A stretch of 64,000 nucleotides of DNA, from the NCBI GenBank assembly GCA_964467255.1, contig CAYXPR010000004.1:66063-130062 (forward strand). The letters run 5' to 3'. The translations under genes and the position numbers were made by a program. Below the pieces are notes generated by a model, which was not told where the DNA came from, searched no databases, and saw only the letters and a list, made by a program, of their open reading frames with translations. Below, piece by piece: positions 25,929 to 35,404 of the stretch; positions within the stretch are counted from its first letter, which is position 1, and every line of letters begins with the position of its first letter. Origin of the DNA: an uncultured Rickettsiales bacterium. GTDB taxonomy: Bacteria; Pseudomonadota; Alphaproteobacteria; Rickettsiales; RGZB01.

Positions 25929-27530
25929 ATGAACGCGCCACTTGCCAAACCACAGGATAATATTACCGTTACCAGTGCAATGACGCCCGCCTTTCAGGAA
26001 ATACTCACGCCAGAGGCGCTGGCCTTTGTGGCGAGCCTGTTCCGTGAGTTTGGTGCAGAGGTAGAAAAACTGCTGGCGGTACGCGTGCAGCGGCAGGCGG
26101 AAATCCGCGCGGGCAAGCGGCTTGATTTCCTCCCGGAGACGGCGAATATCCGTGCGAGCGACTGGAAAGTGGCGCCTATTCCGAAAGACCTGCAGGATCG
26201 CCGCGTGGAAATTACCGGCCCCGTGGATCGCAAAATGATTATCAACGCCCTGAATTCGGGTGCGAAGGCCTTTATGGCAGATTTTGAAGATTCGCTTACC
26301 CCCGGCTGGAAACAGGTGGTGGAAGGGCAGATCAATCTGCGCGATGCGGTGAACCGCACGATTACGTATAAAAGCCCCGAAGGTAAAGAATATGCGCTGA
26401 ACAAGGAAACGGCGGTGCTGATTATCCGCCCACGCGGTTGGCACCTGAATGAAAAACACCTGAAGGTAGATGGCAAAGTGGTACCCGGTGCATTCATGGA
26501 TTTCGGCCTGTATTTCTTCCACAACGCCAAAAATTTGCTGGCGCAAGGCAGCGGCCCTTACTTTTATCTGCCGAAGCTTGAAAGCCACAAAGAGGCCAAA
26601 CTGTGGAACGATATTTTTGTGTCTGCACAGAAAAAACTCGGTCTGCCGGTGGGCACCATTAAAGCAACGGTGCTGATTGAAACCATCACCGCAGCATTTG
26701 AAATGGAAGAAATCCTTTATGTGCTGAAAGACCATATCGTGGCGCAGAATGCAGGGCGGTGGGATTATATTTTCAGCTACATCAAAAAACATTCACACGA
26801 CCCGAAATTCCTCTGCCCTGACCGCGCAGAAATCGTGATGACAAAACCATTTTTGAAAGCTTATTACACGCTGTTGATTAAAACGTGCCACAAGCGTGGC
26901 GCGTTTGCGATGGGTGGCATGGCGGCGCAAATCCCGATTAAGAACGATGCGGCCGCCAACGAGCAGGCCTTGGCGCGCGTGCGTGCTGATAAAGAGCGCG
27001 AAGCAGGCGATGGCCACGATGGCACATGGGTGGCGCACCCCGGCCTAGTGCCGATTGCCAAAGAGGTATTTGACAGACTGATGCCCACGCCGAATCAAGT
27101 AACCAGACAGCGTGAGGATGTGCAGGTAAACGCGGAGCAATTGCTGGAAGTGCCGACGGGAAATATCACCGAGGGCGGCTACCGCAACAACGTGAGCGTG
27201 AGCTTGCAATATATGGAAAGCTGGCTCAAAGGAAATGGCTGCGTACCGATTTTTAACCTGATGGAAGATGCCGCGACGGCAGAAATTGCGCGCACGCAAT
27301 TGTGGCAATGGCTACACCATGGTGCGAAGCTTAGCAACGGCACAGCAGTGACGGAAAGTTTCTTCAAGCAAGTGATAGCAGAGGAGATGGAAAAAATCCG
27401 TGCGCTGGTGGGGGACGAAGCCTTCAAAAAAGGTGAATATGCCCGCGCCGCAGAGTTGCTGGCAGCGATTGTGCTGAATAAAAACTTTGCAGAATTCCTG
27501 ACACTCGGCGCGTACGACCTGGTGGCGTAG
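25929..27530 (+). CDS. aceB: malate synthase A
   Basis: 533 aa from MNAPLAKPQ (AGGAGA SD, 9-nt spacing): EITGPVDRKMIINALNSGA, DFEDS, YFYLPKLESH, AGRWDYIFS, HDGTWVAHPG. Confidence 0.93.
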   Translation: MNAPLAKPQDNITVTSAMTPAFQEILTPEALAFVASLFREFGAEVEKLLAVRVQRQAEIRAGKRLDFLPETANIRASDWKVAPIPKDLQDRRVEITGPVDRKMIINALNSGAKAFMADFEDSLTPGWKQVVEGQINLRDAVNRTITYKSPEGKEYALNKETAVLIIRPRGWHLNEKHLKVDGKVVPGAFMDFGLYFFHNAKNLLAQGSGPYFYLPKLESHKEAKLWNDIFVSAQKKLGLPVGTIKATVLIETITAAFEMEEILYVLKDHIVAQNAGRWDYIFSYIKKHSHDPKFLCPDRAEIVMTKPFLKAYYTLLIKTCHKRGAFAMGGMAAQIPIKNDAAANEQALARVRADKEREAGDGHDGTWVAHPGLVPIAKEVFDRLMPTPNQVTRQREDVQVNAEQLLEVPTGNITEGGYRNNVSVSLQYMESWLKGNGCVPIFNLMEDAATAEIARTQLWQWLHHGAKLSNGTAVTESFFKQVIAEEMEKIRALVGDEAFKKGEYARAAELLAAIVLNKNFAEFLTLGAYDLVA

Positions 27531-27534
27531 CGAT

Positions 27535-29238
27535 TTATGTCCCTGCGTTGCTGACGCCACCGCGTGCGAGGGCGCGGATAATTTCATGTAGCAGAGCAAT
27601 GTCTTGTGCAGAGTTGAGGGGGTAGTTATGGCCCTCGAATGTTTGCAGTACGGCGCTTTTGTGCAGGCGTGAAATCTCGACGGTCAGCAATCCGAACATC
27701 AGGGTGCGGCGCCCTTTTTCTGCCAACTCAACGGTGGCGGCGGCCAGCATGCTTGCGGGCATGCGGAGCGTTACATCGGCACGGGTTTTTTTGAACGGCT
27801 TGAAATAGAGCAGGCCTTTGCCCGTGGGCGGCAAATGCACCGTGACATCGGTGGTGGTGCGGATGAGTGTTTGTATCCCGACATGCGGGACAATGAAAGT
27901 TTCATGCTTCGCGCCTTTGTCACCTTGTACGGCAATTCTACCGCCTACACTGTCCATAAAAATTTGTGTGGATGCAAAATCTTCGCGCGGGTTGAGAATG
28001 ATTTCCTCACCCTCTTCTTTTTCGCCGATGGTCCAGCTGTCTGTGGTGAGTGCAATGATGCTGTTGCGTTCCCCGCGAATATACTGACTGCGACGCACCG
28101 GAATGTGCAGCTCGGTGCGGCGTTCAGATTTTTCGCGGCGTTCCGCCGGGCTGCGTCGGCGTTCTGCCCCACTGCGCCGCTCTTGCAAGCGACGGTCTTT
28201 TTTGCGGTATTCTTCGTCCTTTACCAGCATGAAGTTTTTTAATTTTTCTTCTTTTGATTTACGGCGGTCTACCCCGCTACGCCGCTCGGGCTCATCGCGC
28301 CTTTCCAGCAGGCGGCGATCGTCGCCTGCGCGGCGGTCGGCATAATTGCGCCGCTCCTCAGGCTCGGATTTTTTCAACACGGCGCGAATGCTTTGCAGCA
28401 CTGAGAGTGTAGAGAGAGGCGCTTTGACCTCTGGTCGCGGTTTGGGCGCAGGTGCGGCTTCTGTTTCGGCGCGGCGTAACTGCTTGATGCCATCGTTGAT
28501 GGCATCTTCGAGCTGTGCCAGCGTATGCGCCGTGAGGCCGACATAGCCCGTGAGGTCGATGGTGCCTGCGGAGTGGTAAACGGCTTCCGCTTCCGCCTTA
28601 TCTTTTTGGGGTAGCGGCAGGCGTACTTGCAGCCCCTTTACTTGCAGGCGCCCCTGTAAATCAAAGACGTTATGTACCGTTGCCTTGAAGGTTTTACCGA
28701 GCGCGTTGCGTGCCAGCAAATGCATGTGACTGTTGCGGATGCCAACGATGCTGAATCGGTAATGCAAGTCCACGCAATCCAGTGTGGGGAAGGCGGGGTC
28801 GAGCTTTTCCGTGCTGGCAACGGCCTCACGCATCATGGCGGCATGCAAATCAACAGGAGCGGTGGGTTCTTTTTCTTTCAGTGCGGCTGCTTCTGCCGCA
28901 ACGCTGGAGGGCAGTGGCGGTGCGTAGTTTAAACGAATTTTTTCTTTGACCGGCGGAGTATTTTCAACGCGTGCAGGGCGGGCGCTGGCTTTTGCGCCAA
29001 GCTGTGAAGAGGTGATAATGCCATGATTATCGAGCGCCGAAAAAGGAACATCCAGCGCGCCCTCATCAATATAGGCATGGTGTTTTTGCGGGGTGTTGCG
29101 CTGCGTTTTGAATTGGATGTCAAATAGGCGCGGGCGGCTTTTCCAGTCTCGTAGGCCGCGATAAGCACGCACCGGAGAGAAGTGCCGCGCCTCTTTGAGC
29201 AACCAGAGAATGGCATGGAATATTCCCCGTATCGGCAC
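27535..29238 (-). CDS. hypothetical protein with central [D/E]RR repeat block
   Basis: 567-aa ORF with a GTG start and no TM segment. Residues ~294-383 contain 12 (D/E/A)RR units; the flanking ~290-aa and ~185-aa regions are unassigned. Confidence 0.65.
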   Translation of the reverse strand: MPIRGIFHAILWLLKEARHFSPVRAYRGLRDWKSRPRLFDIQFKTQRNTPQKHHAYIDEGALDVPFSALDNHGIITSSQLGAKASARPARVENTPPVKEKIRLNYAPPLPSSVAAEAAALKEKEPTAPVDLHAAMMREAVASTEKLDPAFPTLDCVDLHYRFSIVGIRNSHMHLLARNALGKTFKATVHNVFDLQGRLQVKGLQVRLPLPQKDKAEAEAVYHSAGTIDLTGYVGLTAHTLAQLEDAINDGIKQLRRAETEAAPAPKPRPEVKAPLSTLSVLQSIRAVLKKSEPEERRNYADRRAGDDRRLLERRDEPERRSGVDRRKSKEEKLKNFMLVKDEEYRKKDRRLQERRSGAERRRSPAERREKSERRTELHIPVRRSQYIRGERNSIIALTTDSWTIGEKEEGEEIILNPREDFASTQIFMDSVGGRIAVQGDKGAKHETFIVPHVGIQTLIRTTTDVTVHLPPTGKGLLYFKPFKKTRADVTLRMPASMLAAATVELAEKGRRTLMFGLLTVEISRLHKSAVLQTFEGHNYPLNSAQDIALLHEIIRALARGGVSNAGT

Positions 29239-29326
29239 GCCTTTAATTCCTATGACATGATGTTGCGTTCGGGGTCTATCCTAGCGGATACAGTAAAGAG
29301 TTGCCAAGTGAAAGAATGCACCCCGA

Positions 29327-31180
29327 TTAGCCGATGCCAAAGTCATTGCGTTCAAGGCGTCCAGCATGGGAGGCTGGGCGTTCTTGTGCTGCAGCAAGGC
29401 TTTTAAAGCCATCTACAGGGGTCAACGATGAGATGGTCATCTTGTCGCCTTCTTGTATTTTTACGGGCGTTTTTGGCTCAACCACTTTAATCAATGGTTT
29501 TGCATCAAGCTCAACGGACGTATTTTTTCCGACGGGCTTTAGCTCAAGTTTTTCCGGTTTAGGATCATCGGTTTTGATGGTAACGGGACCGGCTGCCCGC
29601 ACTTCAATAGGAAGGGCTTTTGCGCCGCTTAGATGCGTTTCCAGATTATCAAAATGCACGCGCACGGTTGCATCTTTGTGCGTACTGGTTACCTGAAACG
29701 CCACACCATCGCGTGCCGTGCCCTTAAAGTGAATGTCGTATGTGCCGGGCTCGGTAATTTTAAGCTGGGTAATCTGCGCCGTAGGCCTTTTCTTTGCATC
29801 TATTTCGATAGCACCATCTTTACCATCTTCGCGAACGATGGAAACAGCCGTTGGGGAAACGGAAATGGTGCTGTTTTCACCAAAGCTGCGAACAGTTACG
29901 GCGTAACTATTTCCACTGCCGGTAGAAGAAAGAGGGCTGGTTTTCTCTTTTGCATCCTGCCGTGCTTTTTCGCGGCGCTCTTTTTCAGCATCTGCCTTAT
30001 TGCCTCGGAAGTCCGCTTGTGCCTTCCCAAGGATACCAAGGCTTTCGCCGAGATCTCTGTTTGCGGCGGCGATGTCGTCCTGACGCATACTGAGCTGCAT
30101 TCTGCCAATCCAGACATCAAAGTTACCCTGAACGTTGCGCGTAACGAAGTCATAGTTGGCCAATGCACACTCACGTGTATATTCGTCAATGCGCGGATTG
30201 TTTGCGATAATATCGCGAGTGATTTGCCGAGCATCCAGAACATCACCGCGAAGTTTAACCGCCGCATCGAGCACTTTTTGCTGCTTCTCGCGCACTTCCA
30301 GCCTGCTCTGAGCCAACTTTTCCTCTGCAGTAGGCGGGCGCTTAACTTCAGGCATATCTTTTTTCTCTACCGGTGGCATGTCCAGCTTTGCCGGTGGAGG
30401 ATCGACCATTCCACCTGGCGGAACGGGAACTTCAACAACCGGTGCGGCTGGTCCGCCTACCGCAGGCGGCGTCGCCAGAGCTTTCAGACTATCCTGAAGT
30501 ATATTGTGTGGTTGGCCGCTGACTTGAATTCGCCCCTTCGGTGTTTGCAATGAAACATCGCCTTTGTAACCTGCGCCCACCAAGAGGAAGCCAAGGTCAT
30601 CGGCATTGGTGATAAAAAGACCCTTAGGATTACGGGATGTTTTAAAACCGTTTTCATCCATCGGCTGCGGAGCAATAAAAGTGAATTTACCCTCACCTTT
30701 TTCGAGGATGGTTGCTAGTTTGCCCGAAGGCACGCGCGTTGCATCGCAGACAATGTTGTGGCCTTTTGCTGTTTGGGTGAAGTTGAGCACCGTGGAGCCG
30801 CGACTATTGGCAACATCAGCATAGGCGGTGACGTTCACGTTGCCAGCTGCCCCAGTTATTTTTACGTTGAGCTGCCCATCAAAGAACATATCTTTACTGG
30901 TTTTTCCTGCGCCGTTGCTCAGCATGAGATGCCCTGGCGCCATCACCTGAATATGTGTGCCTACTGGCACCGTGAGGGTTTTTGTATTTTTATCCATCGA
31001 GCCAAGCTCTACGCCGCCTTCTACAGCAACCACGGCTTCAGGAGCTTTAGTTGGGACAGGCTCACCGCGGAAAAAAGAACGAACACCCACGGTGCCCGCA
31101 ACAATAGTGCCAACAAGAAGACTGCCCGCAAGGAACAGATTCCGCATGGCGCCTGCATTATCGAATGGTTTCTTTGCCAT
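29327..31180 (-). CDS. hypothetical bitopic membrane/envelope protein with Pro-rich spacer
   Basis: 617 aa: N-terminal TM (LFLAGSLLVGTIVAGTVGV), beta-rich region, Pro-rich spacer (PPAVGGPAAPVVEVPVPPGGMVDPPPAKLDMPP), helical region, beta-rich C-terminal region. No motif recognised. Confidence 0.65.
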   Translation of the reverse strand: MAKKPFDNAGAMRNLFLAGSLLVGTIVAGTVGVRSFFRGEPVPTKAPEAVVAVEGGVELGSMDKNTKTLTVPVGTHIQVMAPGHLMLSNGAGKTSKDMFFDGQLNVKITGAAGNVNVTAYADVANSRGSTVLNFTQTAKGHNIVCDATRVPSGKLATILEKGEGKFTFIAPQPMDENGFKTSRNPKGLFITNADDLGFLLVGAGYKGDVSLQTPKGRIQVSGQPHNILQDSLKALATPPAVGGPAAPVVEVPVPPGGMVDPPPAKLDMPPVEKKDMPEVKRPPTAEEKLAQSRLEVREKQQKVLDAAVKLRGDVLDARQITRDIIANNPRIDEYTRECALANYDFVTRNVQGNFDVWIGRMQLSMRQDDIAAANRDLGESLGILGKAQADFRGNKADAEKERREKARQDAKEKTSPLSSTGSGNSYAVTVRSFGENSTISVSPTAVSIVREDGKDGAIEIDAKKRPTAQITQLKITEPGTYDIHFKGTARDGVAFQVTSTHKDATVRVHFDNLETHLSGAKALPIEVRAAGPVTIKTDDPKPEKLELKPVGKNTSVELDAKPLIKVVEPKTPVKIQEGDKMTISSLTPVDGFKSLAAAQERPASHAGRLERNDFGIG

Positions 31181-31316
31181 AAGCCCAATCCCCTTCTTCT
31201 ACTCCTAAAGTATAAGAGGGAATTGGTTAACAAATGCTTAAAATAAATCGGATTTATATAAAATTGTATGGAAGTTTGAAAAACACCGATATTACAGGTA
31301 GCTGCTTTTGGTCTTC

Positions 31317-33704
31317 TTATAAAGAAGAGACCACCGTGGGGAGTTCCAGCATGATATCAGCGGCCTCAAGGCAGAGCGAAGCATTGCAAGCCTGAAACCG
31401 CACCAGCAGGCGCATATCTTCGATTTCACCTGCGGAAGCACCCCGTTTTAACGTTGCGTGAATCACAAAGTTGACCTCGCCTTCATACACAGGCAGTAAT
31501 TCATCGTCTCCCGACGTAATAAAGGTGTGGGTCGGTGGTGATTCCACGCGTTGCACCTCTACATTGGGGCCGCGCAGAGTGATGGCGGTGGGCACCACCA
31601 GGGGCGAAACACGCTGCGCGGTGTTGATGTGCCAGCCGTTAGCGATGTGTAGTGTTACCCGCACGCGAAAGGCACTGCCAGGGTAAATATGACGGTCTTC
31701 AATATCTGCTTCTAGGCGCACATAGTGAAGCGAGGAAGGCGTTTTAAGTGCGGGCGCTTCCTCTTCTTCAAACAGGCTTTGCTGCGCTGGTGGCGATGGG
31801 CGATTGTCGTTGGCGTTTGCATGTAGCGCCATCAGCTTCATGCGGGCATGCAGCATGTGTGTGTAGCCTTGCGGTGAAGAAAGAATACGCCCCGCAAAGG
31901 CCTGAATAGTTTGGAACGCACGTTTTTCCCAGATATCGGATTCATAGACCGTATTTACCGTAAGGCGTTCAAGCATCGACATGGCAAACACCATCACGGC
32001 ATTTGCGGCGGGCAGCGCATCGTCATCCGAGGTTTTCATGCGCACCAGAATGTCGGGGCTTTCTACCGTGAGAAAAAACCCAGCCTGACCCTGTGTGAGG
32101 CGTGATTTATCAAGAAACAAATCATCGGCGCGGTTGATGAGGTCCACCGCATCATCCAGCCAGCGGGCACTGCGCGTGGTTTCAAACAAAGCGAGCAGGC
32201 CGCGCGTGAGGTAAGCATAGTCTTCTAAGAACCCCGGTACGGCAAGTTTGCCATTATGCCAAATGCGGTAAAGCGTTCCGTTTTTGGTCATGTTCCGCAT
32301 GATAAAGTCTGCTGCGCGTTCCGCCGCCCGCGTGTAAACTGGCATGCCCAGCACGTGACCCGCACGTGCCAAGGCATGAATCATCAGCCCATTCCACGCC
32401 GTGATGATTTTATTATCACACAGGGGTGCACTGCGCTGTTGCCGCTCCAGCAGCAACTTGCCAAGGATTTTATCGAGCTGCGTTTGTAGCCCGTCATAGG
32501 TCATGTTCAAATCATCGGCTAGAAGATCGAGGGGTTTTTTCGCATAAATCACTTTTCCCTCGGCATGTTTGTGGCCGGGGAATTGCGGTAGTTCTTCTAA
32601 GCCAAAAGTGTCGAAGAAAATTTTCTGCGCACCGGGGGAAAGCAGGCGGTTAATTTCTGCCAAAGCCCATACGTAATATTCACCTTCTGCCTCATCGGTT
32701 TCTGCATCGAGCGCGGAATAAAACACGCCCTCGGGCGAGGTGAGGGTGCTGAGCACGAAATCGAGCGTGCTGCGCGCGATGTAGTCGTAGTATGGTTTGC
32801 CCGTGATGTCGTAGGCCTCAAGATAACACGTTGCCAACAACGCCTGCGTGTAGAGCATTTTTTCGAAATGCGGCACACGCCATTTTTCATCCACCGCATA
32901 ACGGTGGAAGCCGCCACCGACATGGTCGAAAATGCCGCCCGCCGCCATAGCATCAAGGCTGGTGGTGATGAGCTTCAGCGTGTGCGGGTCACGCGTTTGG
33001 CGGTAATAATCCAGCAGGAAAAGTAAATTGGTTTCATGCGGGAATTTAGGCGCTTGGTAAAAGCCACCATCTTCTGCATCAAAAATATCTTTCAAGTATT
33101 TCACGTGCTGCTGAATGACCTCTACGCCAATGGCGTTTTCATCCAGTGGAGAATCCTGCACGGTGAGTAAGGCACGGAGCTGGTCGGTGACATGCTGCGC
33201 GCCATCTTCCACCTCATCGCGTTTATTTTCCCATGACTGCGCGATGGCAGCCAGCACCTCCGGAAAACCCATGCGCCCATAACGCCGGTCGACCGAAAAC
33301 GTGCCGCCCGCAAAGAAGGGTTTTAATTCGGGCGTAAGAAAAATATTGTTCGGCCAGCCACCTTCACGCGTGAGGAGTTGGCGCGCCATCATGTAGATGT
33401 CATCGAGCTCGGGGCGCTCTTCGCGGTCGACTTTAATGTTGATGAAATCGCGATTCATTGTTTCAGCAATGGATTCATTGTTGAAGACTTCGCGCTCCAT
33501 GACGTGGCACCAATAACACGTGGCATAGCCGATGCTGACGAGGATGGGTTTTTGCTCTTTTTTGGCGCGCTGCAAGGCTTCTGGCCCCCACGGATACCAG
33601 TCCACCGGATTGTGGGCATGCTGCCGGAGGTAGGGGCTTAAAGACTGTTTCAGCCGGTTGGTATATTTAGGGCTGCCATCAGGATTGGTGGGGAAGCTTG
33701 CCAT
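31317..33704 (-). CDS. thioredoxin-domain protein of the YyaL/DUF255 family with extra DsbD-N-like C-terminal domain
   Basis: [12 protein letters not shown]...[19 protein letters not shown] (CxxC), an (alpha/alpha)6-like middle region, and a C-terminal 141 aa ending [13 protein letters not shown]. Confidence 0.8.
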   Translation of the reverse strand: MASFPTNPDGSPKYTNRLKQSLSPYLRQHAHNPVDWYPWGPEALQRAKKEQKPILVSIGYATCYWCHVMEREVFNNESIAETMNRDFINIKVDREERPELDDIYMMARQLLTREGGWPNNIFLTPELKPFFAGGTFSVDRRYGRMGFPEVLAAIAQSWENKRDEVEDGAQHVTDQLRALLTVQDSPLDENAIGVEVIQQHVKYLKDIFDAEDGGFYQAPKFPHETNLLFLLDYYRQTRDPHTLKLITTSLDAMAAGGIFDHVGGGFHRYAVDEKWRVPHFEKMLYTQALLATCYLEAYDITGKPYYDYIARSTLDFVLSTLTSPEGVFYSALDAETDEAEGEYYVWALAEINRLLSPGAQKIFFDTFGLEELPQFPGHKHAEGKVIYAKKPLDLLADDLNMTYDGLQTQLDKILGKLLLERQQRSAPLCDNKIITAWNGLMIHALARAGHVLGMPVYTRAAERAADFIMRNMTKNGTLYRIWHNGKLAVPGFLEDYAYLTRGLLALFETTRSARWLDDAVDLINRADDLFLDKSRLTQGQAGFFLTVESPDILVRMKTSDDDALPAANAVMVFAMSMLERLTVNTVYESDIWEKRAFQTIQAFAGRILSSPQGYTHMLHARMKLMALHANANDNRPSPPAQQSLFEEEEAPALKTPSSLHYVRLEADIEDRHIYPGSAFRVRVTLHIANGWHINTAQRVSPLVVPTAITLRGPNVEVQRVESPPTHTFITSGDDELLPVYEGEVNFVIHATLKRGASAGEIEDMRLLVRFQACNASLCLEAADIMLELPTVVSSL

Positions 33705-33785
33705 AAACTCTTGTCAGTGATTCGCGCGGTGGTTACAGTCGCGCATACTAATGGCGCACCTGCCGCAAGGCAAAGGAGAAATCAC

Positions 33786-34367
33786 ATGCTTGATGCAAAA
33801 AGCCTAGATACTATTTTCCGCAATGCACGCACCCACTCGCACTGGCAGGAAAAACCTGTTAGCGATGCGGTTTTAAAGCAAGTGTATGAATTGGCGCGTA
33901 TGGCGCCAACCTCCGCCAACACCCAGCCGATGCGCGTGGTGTTTATTAAAAGCGCTGCAGAAAAAGAAAAACTCAAACCCTGTCTTGATGCCGGCAACGT
34001 GGATAAAACCATGAAGGCCCCTGTAACGGCGCTGATTGCTTATGACCTCGAGTTTTATGAAAACATGCCGAAGCTTTTTCCGCAAACAGACGCGCGCAGT
34101 TGGTATGTAGGCAAGCCAGAAAAAATCCAATTCACGGCCGCGCAGAGTGGCACGCTGCAAGGAGCGTATTTCATCATTGCCGCTCGAGCACTCGGCCTAG
34201 ATTGCGGCCCGATGGGTGGGTTTAACAGTGCCAAGTGTGACGAAGCCTTTTTTAAGGGCACGCCGTGGCGTTCAAACTTCCTATGCAATGTGGGGTATGG
34301 CGAACCGAGCAAGCTTCACCCGCGCAACCCGCGGCTTGATTTTGAAGAGGCCTGCAAAATTGTTTAG
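33786..34367 (+). CDS. nitroreductase family protein, RutE-like (malonic semialdehyde reductase type)
   Basis: 193 aa from MLDAKSLDTIF (AGGAGA SD). Collinear with recalled E. coli RutE (ARTH..W...PVSD, PTSAN, APVTA, GPMGGF, PRL.FEEAC). Confidence 0.8.
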   Translation: MLDAKSLDTIFRNARTHSHWQEKPVSDAVLKQVYELARMAPTSANTQPMRVVFIKSAAEKEKLKPCLDAGNVDKTMKAPVTALIAYDLEFYENMPKLFPQTDARSWYVGKPEKIQFTAAQSGTLQGAYFIIAARALGLDCGPMGGFNSAKCDEAFFKGTPWRSNFLCNVGYGEPSKLHPRNPRLDFEEACKIV

Positions 34368-35386
34368 AGGATGCTGCCCGAGGCGTTGAAAGCATCGATA
34401 TCGAACAGCCCGGAAATCACCACGAGGTGATTGTTTTCGGTGAGGGTGAGTACGATGCCAACATCGCTGAGCGTGACGATAGGTACGCCGTTCACATAGT
34501 TCTGAAACTGAATTTTGTCGGTGCCGAGTTCAAAGTCGAGAATCGTATCGGTTTCGTTTGCGGATTCCGTGCGGTCGAACAAAAAGATATCAAGCGCCGC
34601 ATCAATGCCGCCGCCGGAGAGGTTATCGTCACCCGCGCCGCCTTGCAGCGTGTCGGTGCCAAGATTGCCATAAAGATTATCGCCATCTGCGCCGCCGAGC
34701 AGGAAATCTGCATCGCGCCCGCCGCGCAGTGCATCCGCGCCCGCGCCGCCAAGCAACGTATCTGCTCCGCTATTGCCTTGCAGCGCATCGGTGCCATCGC
34801 CGCCGGAGAGGCTGTCGGCATCCCCACCGCCGAGTAATTGGTCTGCACCGGCATCGCCCGCCAGCACGTCGTTGCCGAGGTCGCCACGCAGCACATCGTC
34901 GTCATCCCCACCATTGATCGTGTCGGCATCCTGCCCACCATTGATAGTATCCGCGCCAGCGCTGCCGACGACACTGTCGCGCCCGCGGTCGGCTTTGATG
35001 ACGTCGTCACCTGCATTGCCATCCAGCGTATCGGCATCCTGCCCGCCGCGTAGTGTGTCGTTGCCATCATTACCGCTTAAAGAATCATTACCACCATTGC
35101 CTTGTAAAAAATCAGTACCGGCATTGCCTTGCAAGGTATCAGCGTCATCGCCGCCGAAAACGGTGTCGTTATCATCGTTGCCGAAGAGCAAATCATTTCC
35201 GCGTCCGCCGAGGATACTGTCATTACCCTCATTGCCGTTGACGGTATCGCGGTCTGCGCCCGCATCAATAATATCGGCGCCGCCGAAGCCGGAAATAGTA
35301 TCAAGGCCATCCAGCGCGGTTATCTGGTCGATATCATTCGTGCCTTCCAGAAGGTCTGCGCCGATTGTGCCTGAGAAAATACCCAT
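34364..35386 (-). CDS. RTX calcium-binding repeat protein (all-repeat, 340 aa), copy B
   Basis: About 28 consecutive GGxGxDxUx nonapeptides. C-terminal DTILDFELGTDKIQF-type segment resembling type I secretion C-terminal targets. Confidence 0.85.
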   Translation of the reverse strand: MGIFSGTIGADLLEGTNDIDQITALDGLDTISGFGGADIIDAGADRDTVNGNEGNDSILGGRGNDLLFGNDDNDTVFGGDDADTLQGNAGTDFLQGNGGNDSLSGNDGNDTLRGGQDADTLDGNAGDDVIKADRGRDSVVGSAGADTINGGQDADTINGGDDDDVLRGDLGNDVLAGDAGADQLLGGGDADSLSGGDGTDALQGNSGADTLLGGAGADALRGGRDADFLLGGADGDNLYGNLGTDTLQGGAGDDNLSGGGIDAALDIFLFDRTESANETDTILDFELGTDKIQFQNYVNGVPIVTLSDVGIVLTLTENNHLVVISGLFDIDAFNASGSIL

Positions 35387-35404
35387 CGTGTTTCCTTTGA
35401 TGTT

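Noticed and set aside
25845-26792. 315-aa ORF antisense to malate synthase. Similar long antisense ORFs occur at 45654-46580 (typA), 60861-62027 (rpoD/terC), 29633-30553 (617-aa gene) and 2366-3142 (parA-like).
   Set aside because: Each lies fully inside a gene with strong family signatures on the other strand. Their products are low-complexity (R/H/F/A-rich) with no motifs. This is typical open antisense frames in GC-rich coding DNA.
25929-27530. Malate synthase without an adjacent isocitrate lyase, as a possible sign of an unusual glyoxylate module.
   Set aside because: aceA and aceB are frequently unlinked, and this window alone says nothing about the rest of the genome.
27535-28100. PilZ (c-di-GMP binding) interpretation of the C-terminal part of the 567-aa protein.
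   Set aside because: The candidate strings (RRSQYIR, MDSVGG) fit neither RxxxR nor (D/N)xSxxG in register, and the spacing is long. The idea is kept only as something for an HMM search to test.
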